A DNA stretch of 63,518 bases, filler included, from Octopus bimaculoides (GCF_001194135.2; 5 parts of 5 records of this genome joined end to end with filler, not necessarily neighbours in it); one strand, 5' to 3'. Positions 1 through 11,649 are shown, numbered from the whole stretch's first letter. The notes: generated from the letters alone by a model not told the origin. Translations and numbers: made by a program.

Positions 1-17
1 ATATATGATATAATATT

Positions 18-61
<44 letters not shown>

Positions 62-486
62 GTGTGGGTGTTACTGATGTTTAGAATTTATAAATTTCGA
101 GAACGTTAAATGCTTGTTTGTTCTTTTTTTTTTTCTGGAACGGTGAATCTCGAAGTGAACAATGCTATAAATAACAGTGCGTACATATTGCGGTTGAAAA
201 ATCATTTTTAACACATAGATACATTCATTCTCGCTGGTAGGAATAAAGTTTCTGAAATGGAGAGAGAAATTCTAAGGATCACTTTGGTCCAATGGTAGAA
301 GCTCTCTCAAGTTTATATGAGATGTACGTTCGTGTCTAAAGCACAGACTTAGACTACTTCTATACAAAATGTTTTTTTTTAACCCGATATTTACATGCTA
401 TCATTTATAGCTTTATTTGCTTCGAGATTCGATCTTCCTAAAATATTCACATGCACGTATGTATAAGTGTGCGTAAGTGTACGTGC

Positions 487-522
<36 letters not shown>

Positions 523-579
523 TTGATTATGCAAATATATGCAAATGATGTATATACGCTATATATTTTTATATTTCAG

Positions 580-630
580 GCGGAAGTCAGATAGAACCGC
601 AGCCAAGAACCTCTTTGCCGGTTACACAAA
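580..630 (+). CDS. Exon A of unnamed spliced gene (51 bp, phase 1-1; GSQIEPQPRTSLPVTQ)
   Basis: Acceptor ttttatatttcag| and donor |gtaagg. Open in the frame that continues into exon B. Confidence 0.7.
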
Positions 631-759
631 GTAAGGATTATTAATCAATACCATTCTATCGATATTCGCCCTCGGAATGAGGGTTAGTGGTTTTTAAAGA
701 GACTACGATTGAAGGGATGAATTTGGTGAAATAAATAATTACAATATCTTATCATTCAG

Positions 760-822
760 GTGATTCTCAACTAATGGAAACTGCAGAGAAGGCATCCCAA
801 AAACAAGCTAAGGAAATACCAT
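760..822 (+). CDS. Exon B (63 bp, phase 1-1; SDSQLMETAEKASQKQAKEIP)
   Basis: Acceptor cttatcattcag| and donor |gtaagc. Phase-compatible with exons A and C. Confidence 0.72.
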
Positions 823-1188
823 GTAAGCAATTTTTCAAAGTGTCTTTCTCTCGTTGGATTCGAAAAATAATTCTCTGTTCAACAAGCTTGCTTCTACATG
901 TATGAAAATGTGTAAGCATCTTTGAATGAGGTCGTGTATATATTTCATTGTATAACTATATATAAGTTTGAATAGGGTATGTTATACATACATATATTAG
1001 CACTAACTAGCTATCTTAAAGGTAGTTTTAATATTCAATAAATATATGTATATGAATGTATGGACACATATGTGTGTATATGTGTGTGTGTGTGTAACAT
1101 ATGTATATATGTATATATATATATATGCATGTATATATATGATATATGTATATATATGCATATTTATATAATATATATATGTATGTAT

Positions 1189-1189
<1 letters not shown>

Positions 1190-1275
<86 letters not shown>
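1190..1275. repeat. (TA)n microsatellite, representative of the dense (TA)n/(CA)n/(TACA)n/(GA)n tracts throughout the window
   Basis: Directly visible. These tracts generate the YI/MYVC/HT pseudo-ORFs. Confidence 0.98.
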
Positions 1276-1278
<3 letters not shown>

Positions 1279-1629
1279 ATGTGTATATGTATGCATATAT
1301 ATAAATGTATGTATGTATGTATGTGCGTGTGTATATAACCATATATATATGTATGTTTATATGTTTACATATAAATTTCTCTGGATTATGATTTAAATGT
1401 TAGGTGCATATCTCTCCCTCCTGAAGACGGAGGCCGAATTTACTTAATGTTTATATGCTTCCACTACTGATTGCATATCCTTGACTTTCGGCGCTCTGCA
1501 TCTACCAAAACTATGACATAATTCCGAGCCCCCAGTAAGTGCCTTCGGACCCGTAAGCCCATACCTTCTGCCCCTTATATTTTGTGTTTTTATACCTTTC
1601 TAAGTCTGCTCTGTTAACGTAATAAATAT

Positions 1630-1790
1630 ATGTGTGGTAAGTAGTTTACTTACCAACCACATGGTTCCAGGTTCAGTCACACTCCGTGGCACCTTGAGTA
1701 AGTGACTTCTACTATAGCTTCGAAGCGACCAACGCCATGTGGATTTGGTAGACGGAAATTGAAATGAAGCCCGTCGTATATCTGTCTGTC
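1630..1790 (+). mobile_element. tRNA-derived SINE family A (head plus CORE-like body), 5'-clipped
   Basis: gtgtggtaagtag...caaccacatggttc...gcaccttgagtaagtg...gacggaaa matches the copies at 47056, 20500-20610 and 55550-55690. Confidence 0.85.
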
Positions 1791-1959
1791 TATCTATCTA
1801 TACATGCATATGTAAGTATATTTCATGTTTCTGCCGGGGTCTCTTTCCATTAGTTCCCTATTTAGCATCTGCTTAGGGATCCTGCTATCCTACATTCTAA
1901 TAAAGTATCCAGTCCAACGTAACCGGTGCTTGTGCACCATCGTCTCAATACTTCAATAC

Positions 1960-2130
1960 TCAAGATATCAGAGAGAGAAGTTGCTTTGCAATGTTTGCTC
2001 TCGTGTATGCTTGTCAAGAGCAGGGCTCATTAGCCACCAACGGAGCAAAATATAAGTTAGTCCTAGAGCGCACAATGTTCCTGGCGGTCAGCAATGGTTT
2101 TTCTCGGTCACGAGCGGACGGTCATCGTAT
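1960..2130 (+). mobile_element. RTE-clade LINE 3' end with a C-terminal zinc-finger remnant (CNVCSRVCLSRAGLISHQRS)
   Basis: CxxCx12H motif typical of the RTE ORF2 C-terminus, followed by an RTE-like tail ggtttttctcggtcacgagcggacggtcatc. Confidence 0.65.
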
Positions 2131-3364
2131 TTCATGTAGCGAGCCTAAGCCGTTTTATTTATTCATTATCTCCATATCTGTTCACCTGGATTCCTCTTAC
2201 AGCCACCTTCTACCTCACGGACTTAGTCCTCGGTAAAAGATTCCCGAGTGTAAGTTCAAATCATTTGAGCGGTACTAAATGCTTTCTACATTGAACATAA
2301 CTGAATCTCATCTGTTGACACCACCCTCTTTTTCTCTCTCCCAATGTATGTATATATATNNNNNNNNNNNNNNNNNNNNNNNNNNNNNNNNNNNNNNNNN
2401 NNNNNNNNNNNNNNNNNNNNNNNNNNNNNNNNNNNNNNNNNNNNNNNNNNNNNNNNNNNNNNNNNNNNNNNNNNNNNNNNNNNNNNNNNNNNNNNNNNNN
2501 NNNNNNNNNNNNNNNNNNNNNNNNNNNNNNNNNNNNNNNNNNNNNNNNNNNNNNNNNNNNNNNNNNNNNNNNNNNNNNNNNNNNNNNNNNNNNNNNNNNN
2601 NNNNNNNNNNNNNNNNNNNNNNNNNNNNNNNNNNNNNNNNNNNNNNNNNNNNNNNNNNNNNNNNNNNNNNNNNNNNNNNNNNNNNNNNNNNNNNNNNNNN
2701 NNNNNNNNNNNNNNNNNNNNNNNNNNNNNNNNNNNNNNNNNNNNNNNNNNNNNNNNNNNNNNNNNNNNNNNNNNNNNNNNNNNNNNNNNNNNNNNNNNNN
2801 NNNNNNNNNNNNNNNNNNNNNNNNNNNNNNNNNNNNNNNNNNNNNNNNNNNNNNNNNNNNNNNNNNNNNNNNNNNNNNNNNNNNNNNNNNNNNNNNNNNN
2901 NNNNNNNNNNNNNNNNNNNNNNNNNNNNNNNNNNNNNNNNNNNNNNNNNNNNNNNNNNNNNNNNNNNNNNNNNNNNNNNNNNNNNNNNNNNNNNNNNNNN
3001 NNNNNNNNNNNNNNNNNNNNNNNNNNNNNNNNNNNNNNNNNNNNNNNNNNNNNNNNNNNNNNNNNNNNNNNNNNNNNNNNNNNNNNNNNNNNNNNNNNNN
3101 NNNNNNNNNNNNNNNNNNNNNNNNNNNNNNNNNNNNNNNNNNNNNNNNNNNNNNNNNNNNNNNNNNNNNNNNNNNNNNNNNNNNNNNNNNNNNNNNNNNN
3201 NNNNNNNNNNNNNNNNNNNNNNNNNNNNNNNNNNNNNNNNNNNNNNNNNNNNNNNNNNNNNNNNNNNNNNNNNNNNNNNNNNNNNNNNNNNNNNNNNNNN
3301 NNNNNNNNTATATATATATATATATATATCTGTCGTGATTGCTTTTCCTCTTACTGCATACGTA

Positions 3365-3500
3365 TTTGTGGCAGAACTATCACCATGCTGGACAAAATGC
3401 TTAGCGACATTTCTTCTGGCTTTATGTTCTGCGTTCAAATGTCGCCGGGGTGGGTTATACCTTATAATCTTTCGTGGTCAATAAAATAAGTACCATTTGA
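3365..3500 (+). mobile_element. SINE family B (tRNA head, Nin-like domain) fragment
   Basis: tggcagaa...ggacaaaatgcttagcgacatttc...gttcaaat matches the other family-B heads in the window. Confidence 0.7.
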
Positions 3501-3721
3501 GTTCAAAATTGCAAGCCTACAGCTAAAATTAGAGGGGATTTTAGAGATATTTCAGTTCAGTCGCAGGATTTTGTTTTAGATTGGGAGTTGTTAGTATCCC
3601 CGGTTTGTGTTACGTTAACTTAAACATTAATCCAATTTGTAGCAAGTCTCTACTTCACTTTGAACCTGGACTGTTTTACAATTAGATCATAAACACAACA
3701 CATCGTCTTTGGTCGTGAATG

Positions 3722-3787
3722 ATGACGTCATGAAAAAATAAACAACAATGCTCAACAGCTACACATGAAATTCTTGGGCTGACGTCA
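3722..3787. promoter_or_regulatory. Pair of full palindromic CRE motifs (TGACGTCA at 3723-3730 and 3780-3787) in the intron upstream of exon C
   Basis: Exact consensus matches 57 bp apart in non-repeat sequence. Function not shown. Confidence 0.35.
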
Positions 3788-4053
3788 TCAGAAACTTAAA
3801 TGAATCGAAAGATGTTGATTGTAAAACAGTCAAGCCTTGATTAAGCTAATCACAGCTAATAAAAGTCAAACAGATGTGTGTGTGTATATATTTGTATATG
3901 TGTGTATGTGCGCGCATATCTTTATACATATCCATGTTTGTGTTTATATATGCGTATGTGTGTGTTCGCTTAGTTATTTTTCTTCATGTCTCTCAGAATC
4001 TAATTTTTCTTTCTGATTTCCATTCTTATTCCTATCAAAACTTCTGCCAATAG

Positions 4054-4178
4054 ACAACTCAATATTTGATTTACCGGACGAAGTGTTCTTAAAGAATTTT
4101 ATCGACGAAGTTCGCAACGAAAAACCCTTCCTAACAGATAGCTACACTCTAAGTGACAGAAGAAGAAAAGCAATGAAC
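4054..4178 (+). CDS. Exon C (125 bp, phase 1-0; YNSIFDLPDEVFLKNFIDEVRNEKPFLTDSYTLSDRRRKAMN)
   Basis: Pyrimidine-rich acceptor ending cttctgccaatag| and donor |gtaggt. Protein-like composition with no stop. Confidence 0.72.
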
Positions 4179-4928
4179 GTAGGTAGACAATTCTAAGTAA
4201 TCGCAAGCATCATTAGAAATGAAAAGAACTGAATGTCATAATGTTACGTCACCATAACGTCATACCACCACGTGATCATGTCATCATTAGCACGGAGACA
4301 ATGCATATACGTACATTTGCACATATTTATACGTTTCATATANNNNNNNNNNNNNNNNNNNNNNNNNNNNNNNNNNNNNNNNNNNNNNNNNNNNNNNNNN
4401 NNNNNNNNNNNNNNNNNNNNNNNNNNNNNNNNNNNNNNNNNNNNNNNNNNNNNNNNNNNNNNNNNNNNNNNNNNNNNNNNNNNNNNNNNNNNNNNNNNNN
4501 NNNNNNNNNNNNNNNNNNNNNNNNNNNNNNNNNNNNNNNNNNNNNNNNNNNNNNNNNNNNNNNNNNNNNNNNNNNNNNNNNNNNNNNNNNNNNNNNNNNN
4601 NNNNNNNNNNNNNNNNNNNNNNNNNNNNNNNNNNNNNNNNNNNNNNNNNNNNNNNNNNNNNNNNNNNNNNNNNNNNNNNNNNNNNNNNNNNNNNNNNNNN
4701 NNNNNNNNNNNNNNNNNNNNNNNNNNNNNNNNNNNNNNNNNNNNNNNNNNNNNNNNNNNNNNNNNNNNNNNNNNNNNNNNNNNNNNNNNNNNNNNNNNNN
4801 NNNNNNNNNNNNNNNNNNNNNNNNNNNNNNNNNNNNNNNNNNNNNNNNNNNNNNNNNNNNNNNNNNNNNNNNNNNNNNNNNNNNNNAATATAGCAGGGTT
4901 ACTCATTACAATCGAGCGGGGTGGAGCA

Positions 4929-5043
4929 GCTTGATATAAAGTGTTTTGCCTAAGGACGCAATGCTTCCTTCCCGTCCGGGAATAGAAACCATGATCTTAC
5001 GATCGTGAGTGGATCACTTAACCATTTGTCCATGCCTCCTCAC
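4929..5043 (-). mobile_element. SINE family C head
   Basis: The reverse complement resembles the head at 43071 (ggaggcgtgtgg...gtttcgattcctggaccggg...ttgtgttcttgagcaaaacac). Confidence 0.65.
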
Positions 5044-5100
5044 CGTTACATTGTACCATGAAATAATGAATGGAAACTTCCACAACAAAAAACAACATCA

Positions 5101-5147
<47 letters not shown>

Positions 5148-5172
5148 CTTTTAACTTGGTTGTTTGTTTCAG

Positions 5173-5225
5173 AGACGAAATGCTGAAGAAACGCAAGGCT
5201 ATATATTTATGTTTGAAACGGATAA
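5173..5225 (+). CDS. Exon D (53 bp, phase 0-2; RRNAEETQGYIFMFETD). An alternative donor at 5292 would extend it in the same phase.
   Basis: Acceptor ttgtttgtttcag| and donor |gtatgg. Confidence 0.65.
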
Positions 5226-5574
5226 GTATGGTCCACGGGTGATAACTCTTCTGCCTAAAATACCGGAAATAGCTTCTGAAAAATCGATCAAGTATCATGA
5301 ATGATTGGCATTAAAGTATGAAGAATAAAGATGGAAAATGAATGCGCCTGGCCTTTTTATGTCACTGCGACTAGTCGACATTTTGTATTTATATATTTTG
5401 TGTAACGCAGTCAGAGGGGATCAGATCACAAATACAGAATAAGAGTGGCGGTCGTTTTCTCTTCTCTCTCATCCTCTCTTTTCTCTCTCTCTCTCTCTCT
5501 CTCTCTGAGTTTATCTTTCTCTCCTTCTCCCCCCCCTCTCCCTCTCTATCTATCTATCTATCCTGAAAATATTG

Positions 5575-5790
5575 GTTTCACATTTTTAACACAAGGCCAG
5601 CAATTTCTAGGGTGGCGCTTAAGTCGATTACATCGACCCTAGTGTTCAAGTGGTACTTAATTCATCGACTGCGAAAAGATAAAAGGCAAAGTTGACCTCG
5701 GTGGAATTTGAACTCAGAACGTGAAGACAGACGGAACGACATTAAGCATTTTGCCCGGGGTGCTTATCACTCTGCCATCACGCCGCTCCA
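5575..5790 (-). mobile_element. SINE family B
   Basis: acaaggccagcaattt...gatcgaccc...ggcaaagttgacctcggtggaatttgaactcagaacg. Confidence 0.85.
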
Positions 5791-6350
5791 TTAATTCCCC
5801 AAAATAGCTTTTTGACATTATATTAAACGTATAGGTTTTTTTTTATAAACAGTACTAGATAGATAAGGGAGATAATTATACAGTTAGGGAAACAGTATTT
5901 ATTTCCCTTGGCTAAAGAGTTGTCTCCATTTAAATTGCAAATTAATTGTGATCGATATTTGGGAGTTTTAAGGCGACAAGATGGTAGAATCGTTACCGCG
6001 TCGGTGAAAAAAAAANNNNNNNNNNNNNNNNNNNNNNNNNNNNNNNNNNNNNNNNNNNNNNNNNNNNNNNNNNNNNNNNNNNNNNNNNNNNNNNNNNNNN
6101 NNNNNNNNNNNNNNNNNNNNNNNNNNNNNNNNNNNNNNNNNNNNNNNNNNNNNNNNNNNNNNNNNNNNNNNNNNNNNNNNNNNNNNNNNNNNNNNNNNNN
6201 NNNNNNNNNNNNNNNNNNNNNNNNNNNNNNNNNNNNNNNNNNNNNNNNNNNNNNNNNNNNNNNNNNNNNNNNNNNNNNNNNNNNNNNNNNNNNNNNNNNN
6301 NNNNNNNNNNNNNNNNNNNNNNNNNNNNNNNNNNNNNNNNNNNNATATAT

Positions 6351-6470
6351 AGCAAAATAAGCAACAAGGATTTTAAAGATGATTGCAGTACGCACGTTTC
6401 ATGCTACTCCATTTATTTAAGTAATGCGAGCATTACATTAAATGCAATATGTAGAGCAATCTTCAGCTGC
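6351..6470 (-). repeat. ~120-bp dispersed repeat (copy 1), abutting (TA)n
   Basis: Near-identical reverse complement of 22312-22430. Confidence 0.9.
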
Positions 6471-6559
6471 CGATGTAGGGAGCCTGGACCTCATGGGAGG
6501 GAGTGTGCGAACGTAACCTCTCTTGGAGCCAGATTTGGAAGATGTCGGAGTGCGAACTC

Positions 6560-7130
6560 AGTTTCCTCGAACCTCTTTCATCGTCATTTCTCCGATCGCA
6601 AACGGAACTCTCGATGCAGGTGGTCTTATTAGGTTATCCCAATCCGATCGCTCCTCATCTTTGCGAGCATCGGTATTTGTTTTGCGTAAACGCTCCTGCA
6701 CGTCTTCCATCGTCGACTCCAACTCTTCAGATTTCCCAGCCTCAAACAGACTCTTCGAGAAACGATAGGTGTTTTTAAAGGACGCCTTCCGAGCTCGTTC
6801 TCTCGACTGCCGCTTCTCGTAAGCGGCTTCTGCACGATGCACTTCACGATGTTGTTTCTTCGCGTCATTCACTAGCGCCCTCAGGCCTCGACGTTCCCTC
6901 TCTGTCGCTGCTTTCTTCCACCTCTTCTTCAGGTGTTGTTTCTCACGCCGGATGTGTTCAATCGCTTTTAGCCGCCGCGACAGGTGTTTCTGCGGGGCTT
7001 GCGGACACGGCGCTGCCGGTTCCCCTGGTGTCGAACCGTTCAGCACATGTCGCGTAGCAGATCTTGATCAAGAGTCGCAGTTTTCTCGAAGCCGTCATCT
7101 GCAGAATACAACTGATCATGTTACTCAGGT
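6560..7130 (-). mobile_element. RLE-type (R2 superfamily, HERO-like) non-LTR retrotransposon ORF fragment, pre-RT region, frameshifted
   Basis: ORFs 6958..7233 and 6558..7046 give KLRLLIKICYATCAERF and KKRWKKAATERE...RERARKASFKNTYRFSKSLFEAGKSEELE...IRPP...PFAIGEMTMKEV. This resembles my recollection of the HERO pre-RT region. Confidence 0.6.
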
Positions 7131-7321
7131 TTTCATTACATACATACATAGATACATACATACATACACACACAAATACATACATACATACATACATAAA
7201 TGCATACATACAGTCATACATACATACATACATATTTTCCCCGGCAACAATGCTTCGAGTTACCGTGTTACACCAACACGAGTCACTGTCTTCAAAATAA
7301 AGAAAAGTATACGATATAGAC

Positions 7322-8007
7322 GGCGCAGGAGTGGTTGTGTGGTTAGAAACTTGTTTCCGGTTTGACGATTTCGGTCGTGTTACTTTCTGTGCTGTGAGTT
7401 ATCGTTTTTATTGCTGAAACTTTGTTATTTGTAGTAAATTTTTTGTTCTAAATTATTGTTGAAAATTGTTATTTTGAACTGTTGCCTGTTTACCGGCTGT
7501 GTTGAACTGTTTTATTTCCCGGTATTCCGGGGAAGAGTGAAATTTCTGTCGCCATTTTGGTATTTGTTTATTCGATTGGATTCTTTAACGGAGTACTGGA
7601 ACCAGGTAAGTGGGGCCAAAAATAAAGGTTCGAACCTGGCAGTCGGATGCCTTTCCTTCAGTCACACGTTGCAAAATTTACAATGATTACCAACTTTAAA
7701 TTGAAATTAAAAAAGAAAAAAAAGGAGATAATTTTTAAGAGCGTGACATTTATATTTCATCATTCGAAATATTTCCATTCATAATAAGCAAATTCTTCAC
7801 TCTCCATGTTTGTCTGCCCTTATTTGTCCCATCTATCTACGACTTCCATAGCCAATTCATGAAATAAAGAAGCTTGCTTCCCAACCACATGGTTTCGGGT
7901 TCAGTTCCACTGCGTGGCACCTTGGGCAGGTGTCTTCTACTATAGCCTCAGGCCGACCAAAACATTGAGAGTGGATTTGGTAGACGGAAACTGAAAGAAG
8001 TCCGTCG

Positions 8008-8046
<39 letters not shown>

Positions 8047-8133
8047 TTGTGTTTGTCCTGCCACCATCGCTTGAAATCGGTGTTGGTGTGTTTACGTCCC
8101 CTTAAGTTACCGGTCAGCAAAATAATCCGAAAA
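7322..8133 (+). mobile_element. SINE family A split by an insertion (head 7322-7358, body 7867-8133)
   Basis: The head ends ...agaaacttgtttcc and the body resumes aagaagcttgcttcccaaccacatgg. Confidence 0.9.
7359..7866 (+). mobile_element. 508-bp non-coding retro-insertion ending in AATAAA with a ~15-bp TSD; likely a non-autonomous Tx1/L1-type derivative
   Basis: TSD tagaaacttgtttcc (7344-7358) versus aagaagcttgcttcc (7867-7881), 12/15 identical. The 3' end is catgaaataaa. Confidence 0.7.
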
Positions 8134-8233
8134 NNNNNNNNNNNNNNNNNNNNNNNNNNNNNNNNNNNNNNNNNNNNTTAATTAATTAANNNNNNNNNNN
8201 NNNNNNNNNNNNNNNNNNNNNNNNNNNNNNNNN

Positions 8234-8268
<35 letters not shown>

Positions 8269-8624
8269 TATTTTTGCGTATTATTATGTATGTATTGCAT
8301 TTATGTTCGCTGTGTGTTTGTGTGACGTGTGTGTATGTGTGTATGTGTGCACGTGTTTCTGCGTGCGAGTTTCTGTTGCGTCTGTTATACATATACATAT
8401 AAACATACTTGCATAAACAAAATCACAAATGCATCTTTACGTATATGAATGCGTATGCTATTATGCCTATGCGCCGATACAAACAAATAATTTGGCACTT
8501 TAAATTCTAAGAGTAAAAACAAAACAAAACAAACAATACTTCAATAGCTTTCCGAACAAATAACTATTGCAGTAAGCATCATTAGAATTTTCGTTTGTAC
8601 TCCAAACAAACATTCTATGTTTAG

Positions 8625-8742
8625 ACAGCAAATAATACCGCCATGGAAATCAGCCAAATCAGTACAAACACCATCTTGTTCATTTAAATACTATTTCAAT
8701 GAAAAATATATTTGGATAATGCTTCATCGAACATTCAGCTCG
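8625..8742 (+). CDS. Exon E (118 bp, phase 2-0; KQQIIPPWKSAKSVQTPSCSFKYYFNEKYIWIMLHRTFSS)
   Basis: Acceptor ttctatgtttag| and donor |gtaatg. Lies inside listed ORF 8617..8820. Confidence 0.65.
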
Positions 8743-8977
8743 GTAATGAGTCCCAAATTATGGTTTCAAGACTGCTATGCTTCAATTGCTTACAATATTT
8801 ATTTTAGATTCGATGATTAAAGAAATTAAATACTTATTAAATACTCTCAAATAATGGGAATAATCATGTAACACTGATGATATTCACGATCTATTTCTGT
8901 AAAAATTATTGTAGTGTGAATGCAGCGAGACCGAGAGAGCGTTTCTTTATTGATGGGTTCACGTCCATAAAATATTA

Positions 8978-9016
<39 letters not shown>

Positions 9017-9939
9017 NNNNNNNNNNNNNNNNNNNNNNNNNNNNNNNNNNNNNNNNNNNNNNNNNNNNNNNNNNNNNNNNNNNNNNNNNNNNNNNNNNNN
9101 NNNNNNNNNNNNNNNNNNNNNNNNNNNNNNNNNNNNNNNNNNNNNNNNNNNNNNNNNNNNNNNNNNNNNNNNNNNNNNNNNNNNNNNNNNNNNNNNNNNN
9201 NNNNNNNNNNNNNNNNNNNNNNNNNNNNNNNNNNNNNNNNNNNNNNNNNNNNNNNNNNNNNNNNNNNNNNNNNNNNNNNNNNNNNNNNNNNNNNNNNNNN
9301 NNNNNNNNNNNNNNNNNNNNNNNNNNNNNNNNNNNNNNNNNNNNNNNNNNNNNNNNNNNNNNNNNNNNNNNNNNNNNNNNNNNNNNNNNNNNNNNNNNNN
9401 NNNNNNNNNNNNNNNNNNNNNNNNNNNNNNNNNNNNNNNNNNNNNNNNNNNNNNNNNNNNNNNNNNNNNNNNNNNNNNNNNNNNNNNNNNNNNNNNNNNN
9501 NNNNNNNNNNNNNNNNNNNNNNNNNNNNNNNNNNNNNNNNNNNNNNNNNNNNNNNNNNNNNNNNNNNNNNNNNNNNNNNNNNNNNNNNNNNNNNNNNNNN
9601 NNNNNNNNNNNNNNNNNNNNNNNNNNNNNNNNNNNNNNNNNNNNNNNNNNNNNNNNNNNNNNNNNNNNNNNNNNNNNNNNNNNNNNNNNNNNNNNNNNNN
9701 NNNNNNNNNNNNNNNNNNNNNNNNNNNNNNNNNNNNNNNNNNNNNNNNNNNNNNNNNNNNNNNNNNNNNNNNNNNNNNNNNNNNNNNNNNNNNNNNNNNN
9801 NNNNNNNNNNNNNNNNNNNNNNNNNNNNNNNNNNNNNNNNNNNNNNNNNNNNNNNNNNNNNNNNNNNNNNNNNNNNNNNNNNNNNNNNNNNNNNNNNNNN
9901 NNNNNNNNNNNNNNNNNNNNNNNNNNNNNNNNNNNNNNN

Positions 9940-9987
<48 letters not shown>

Positions 9988-10029
9988 GTATATGTGTGTG
10001 TGTGTGTGCGTGTATGTGTGATCAAGACT

Positions 10030-10245
10030 TTATGTCAGTGCTTGGTCCCCTTAACAACTTGACAAACGGCGCTACTGTATTTACATCCCTGTAACCTAGC
10101 GGTGCAAAAAAAGAGACTGATAGAATCAGTACTAGGCTTTAGATATAAGTCCTGGAATCGATTTGTTCGACTAAAACACTTCAAGGTGGTGCTCCAGCAT
10201 GGCCGCAGTCAAATGATTGAAATAACTAAAAGAAATAAAAAGAAA
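10030..10245 (+). mobile_element. SINE family A 3' half
   Basis: gtaacctagcggt...gatagaatcagtactagg...ggtgctccagcatggccgcagtcaaatga. Confidence 0.85.
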
Positions 10246-10251
10246 AGTTAT

Positions 10252-10545
10252 ATGGAGGCGCATGGCTTAGTGGAGAGTGTGTTGCAATCTTGATTGCGAG
10301 ATCGTGGATTCGATTCCCAGATCGGGCGTTGAGTTGTTTTCTTGAGCAAAGCACTTCATTGCACGTTCCTGTGCGAACATGTCGGCATCTAACATATGGC
10401 ACATGGTGCAACTGTACTGGTATTGTCGATTTGATAGGGGGAGTGAGCTTAGGTGACCACAAACAACTGATCACTATAAACAACTGATCTGCGTGTCTGT
10501 TGAGCAAGAAATTACAGAACCTTCATCCGTCGTCTAACGACGAGA
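10252..10545 (+). mobile_element. SINE family C/D
   Basis: tggaggcgcatggcttagtgg...gattcgattcccagatcgggcg...ttcttgagcaaagcacttc. Confidence 0.75.
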
Positions 10546-10551
10546 AAGACC

Positions 10552-10606
<55 letters not shown>

Positions 10607-10932
10607 TGCGTGTGTGTGTATATATGTATGTATGTATATGTATAGATACATGTGTGTGTGTGTATCTATGTATGTAGGTAGGTAGGTAGGTAGGTAGGTA
10701 TTCACGTATGTATGCATTTATGTATGTATATCAAAATGCTGCAAAGTAATATTAAACTGCAATTCACATCATCCAGATATTACATTATACAGATCTCGTT
10801 AATTTGGTTTGCGTCGGAAGATATAGCTTTTAAAGTTGACTCTCCACTCTGAGTTTCGATCTTGGCTGGTCCTGTCCACTACAGCCTTGAGCGTCCCAGA
10901 CAAAGGCTAATTTTGAAATACCATACATACAT

Positions 10933-11640
10933 AGAACACTGTATAACGTAATCCATCGAAAGGATAACTCCCGACGACAAAGAAATAAGAATCCACAATA
11001 TGGTGGAAGCCATAGCCAGTCGTAGTAAAGAGGAGTATTGGTGGAATGTCCCAGTGAAAACCTCAATAAAATGTAAACACAACGGACCTGATATAATGAT
11101 TTGAGATAGTGAAGAGAAATTGTGTACAGATGTGGAAAGCAGCTGCCCAGAGGATGTTAACATAAAGCTGAAGATGAGTGAAAAGGAGAATACCTACGCT
11201 GAACTGTTGAAATATATGTTGTGACTCATCAAGATTACAATTTAAGGTTTATACCTGTACTTATTAGAACCCTGGGATATGTAGCACCAATCTTGAAAAG
11301 TTGCCTAAATGCCAATCTTGAGAAGTTGGGCTTCTCAAAACCTGATAGGAGAAAGCTGATTCGACGAATACCGATCCAAGACTTCACTGGAACTGTAAAA
11401 ATCTGTAAAACTGTCTAGACGTTTATCGTGTAATTATATATGAGAATGTCTAAATATGGAAGTGTATGCATGAGAAGACATATATAAAACAAAACATGCA
11501 AATCTGCACGTCTACATACATACAAAAATACCCTGTTCTTGATGTTGAAAATCTAATGAAGGAGCCTTAGATCTAGGTTAGAAACCAGGTCTTTCTCTAC
11601 TGGCAAGAAATCTTGCAATAAAACTAAATAATGACAAACA
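10933..11640 (+). mobile_element. RLE-type (R4/NeSL-like) LINE, 5'-truncated copy 1 with 3' UTR
   Basis: Degenerate translation EYWWNVPVKTSIKCKHNGPDIMI*D...SCPEDVNIKLKMSEKENTY is the restriction-like endonuclease. Starts directly after catacatacat. Confidence 0.85.
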
Positions 11641-11649
11641 TACATACAT

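Noticed and set aside
1003-1396. ORFs of YI/HT/MYVC repeats and the long X-filled ORFs throughout
   Set aside because: Translations of (TA)n/(TACA)n/(CA)n microsatellites or N gaps.
1400-1640. AATAAA-ended sequence directly upstream of a 5'-clipped SINE-A as a third targeted insertion
   Set aside because: The junction is offset from the CTTCC site, no left SINE half or TSD is visible, and there is no similarity to the 7359-7866 3' end.
8178-8189. TTAATTAATTAA islands inside N runs (also 32459-32470, 57840-57851, 61696-61707)
   Set aside because: An identical 12-mer centred in gaps, with stops in all six frames. This is an assembly linker, not biology.
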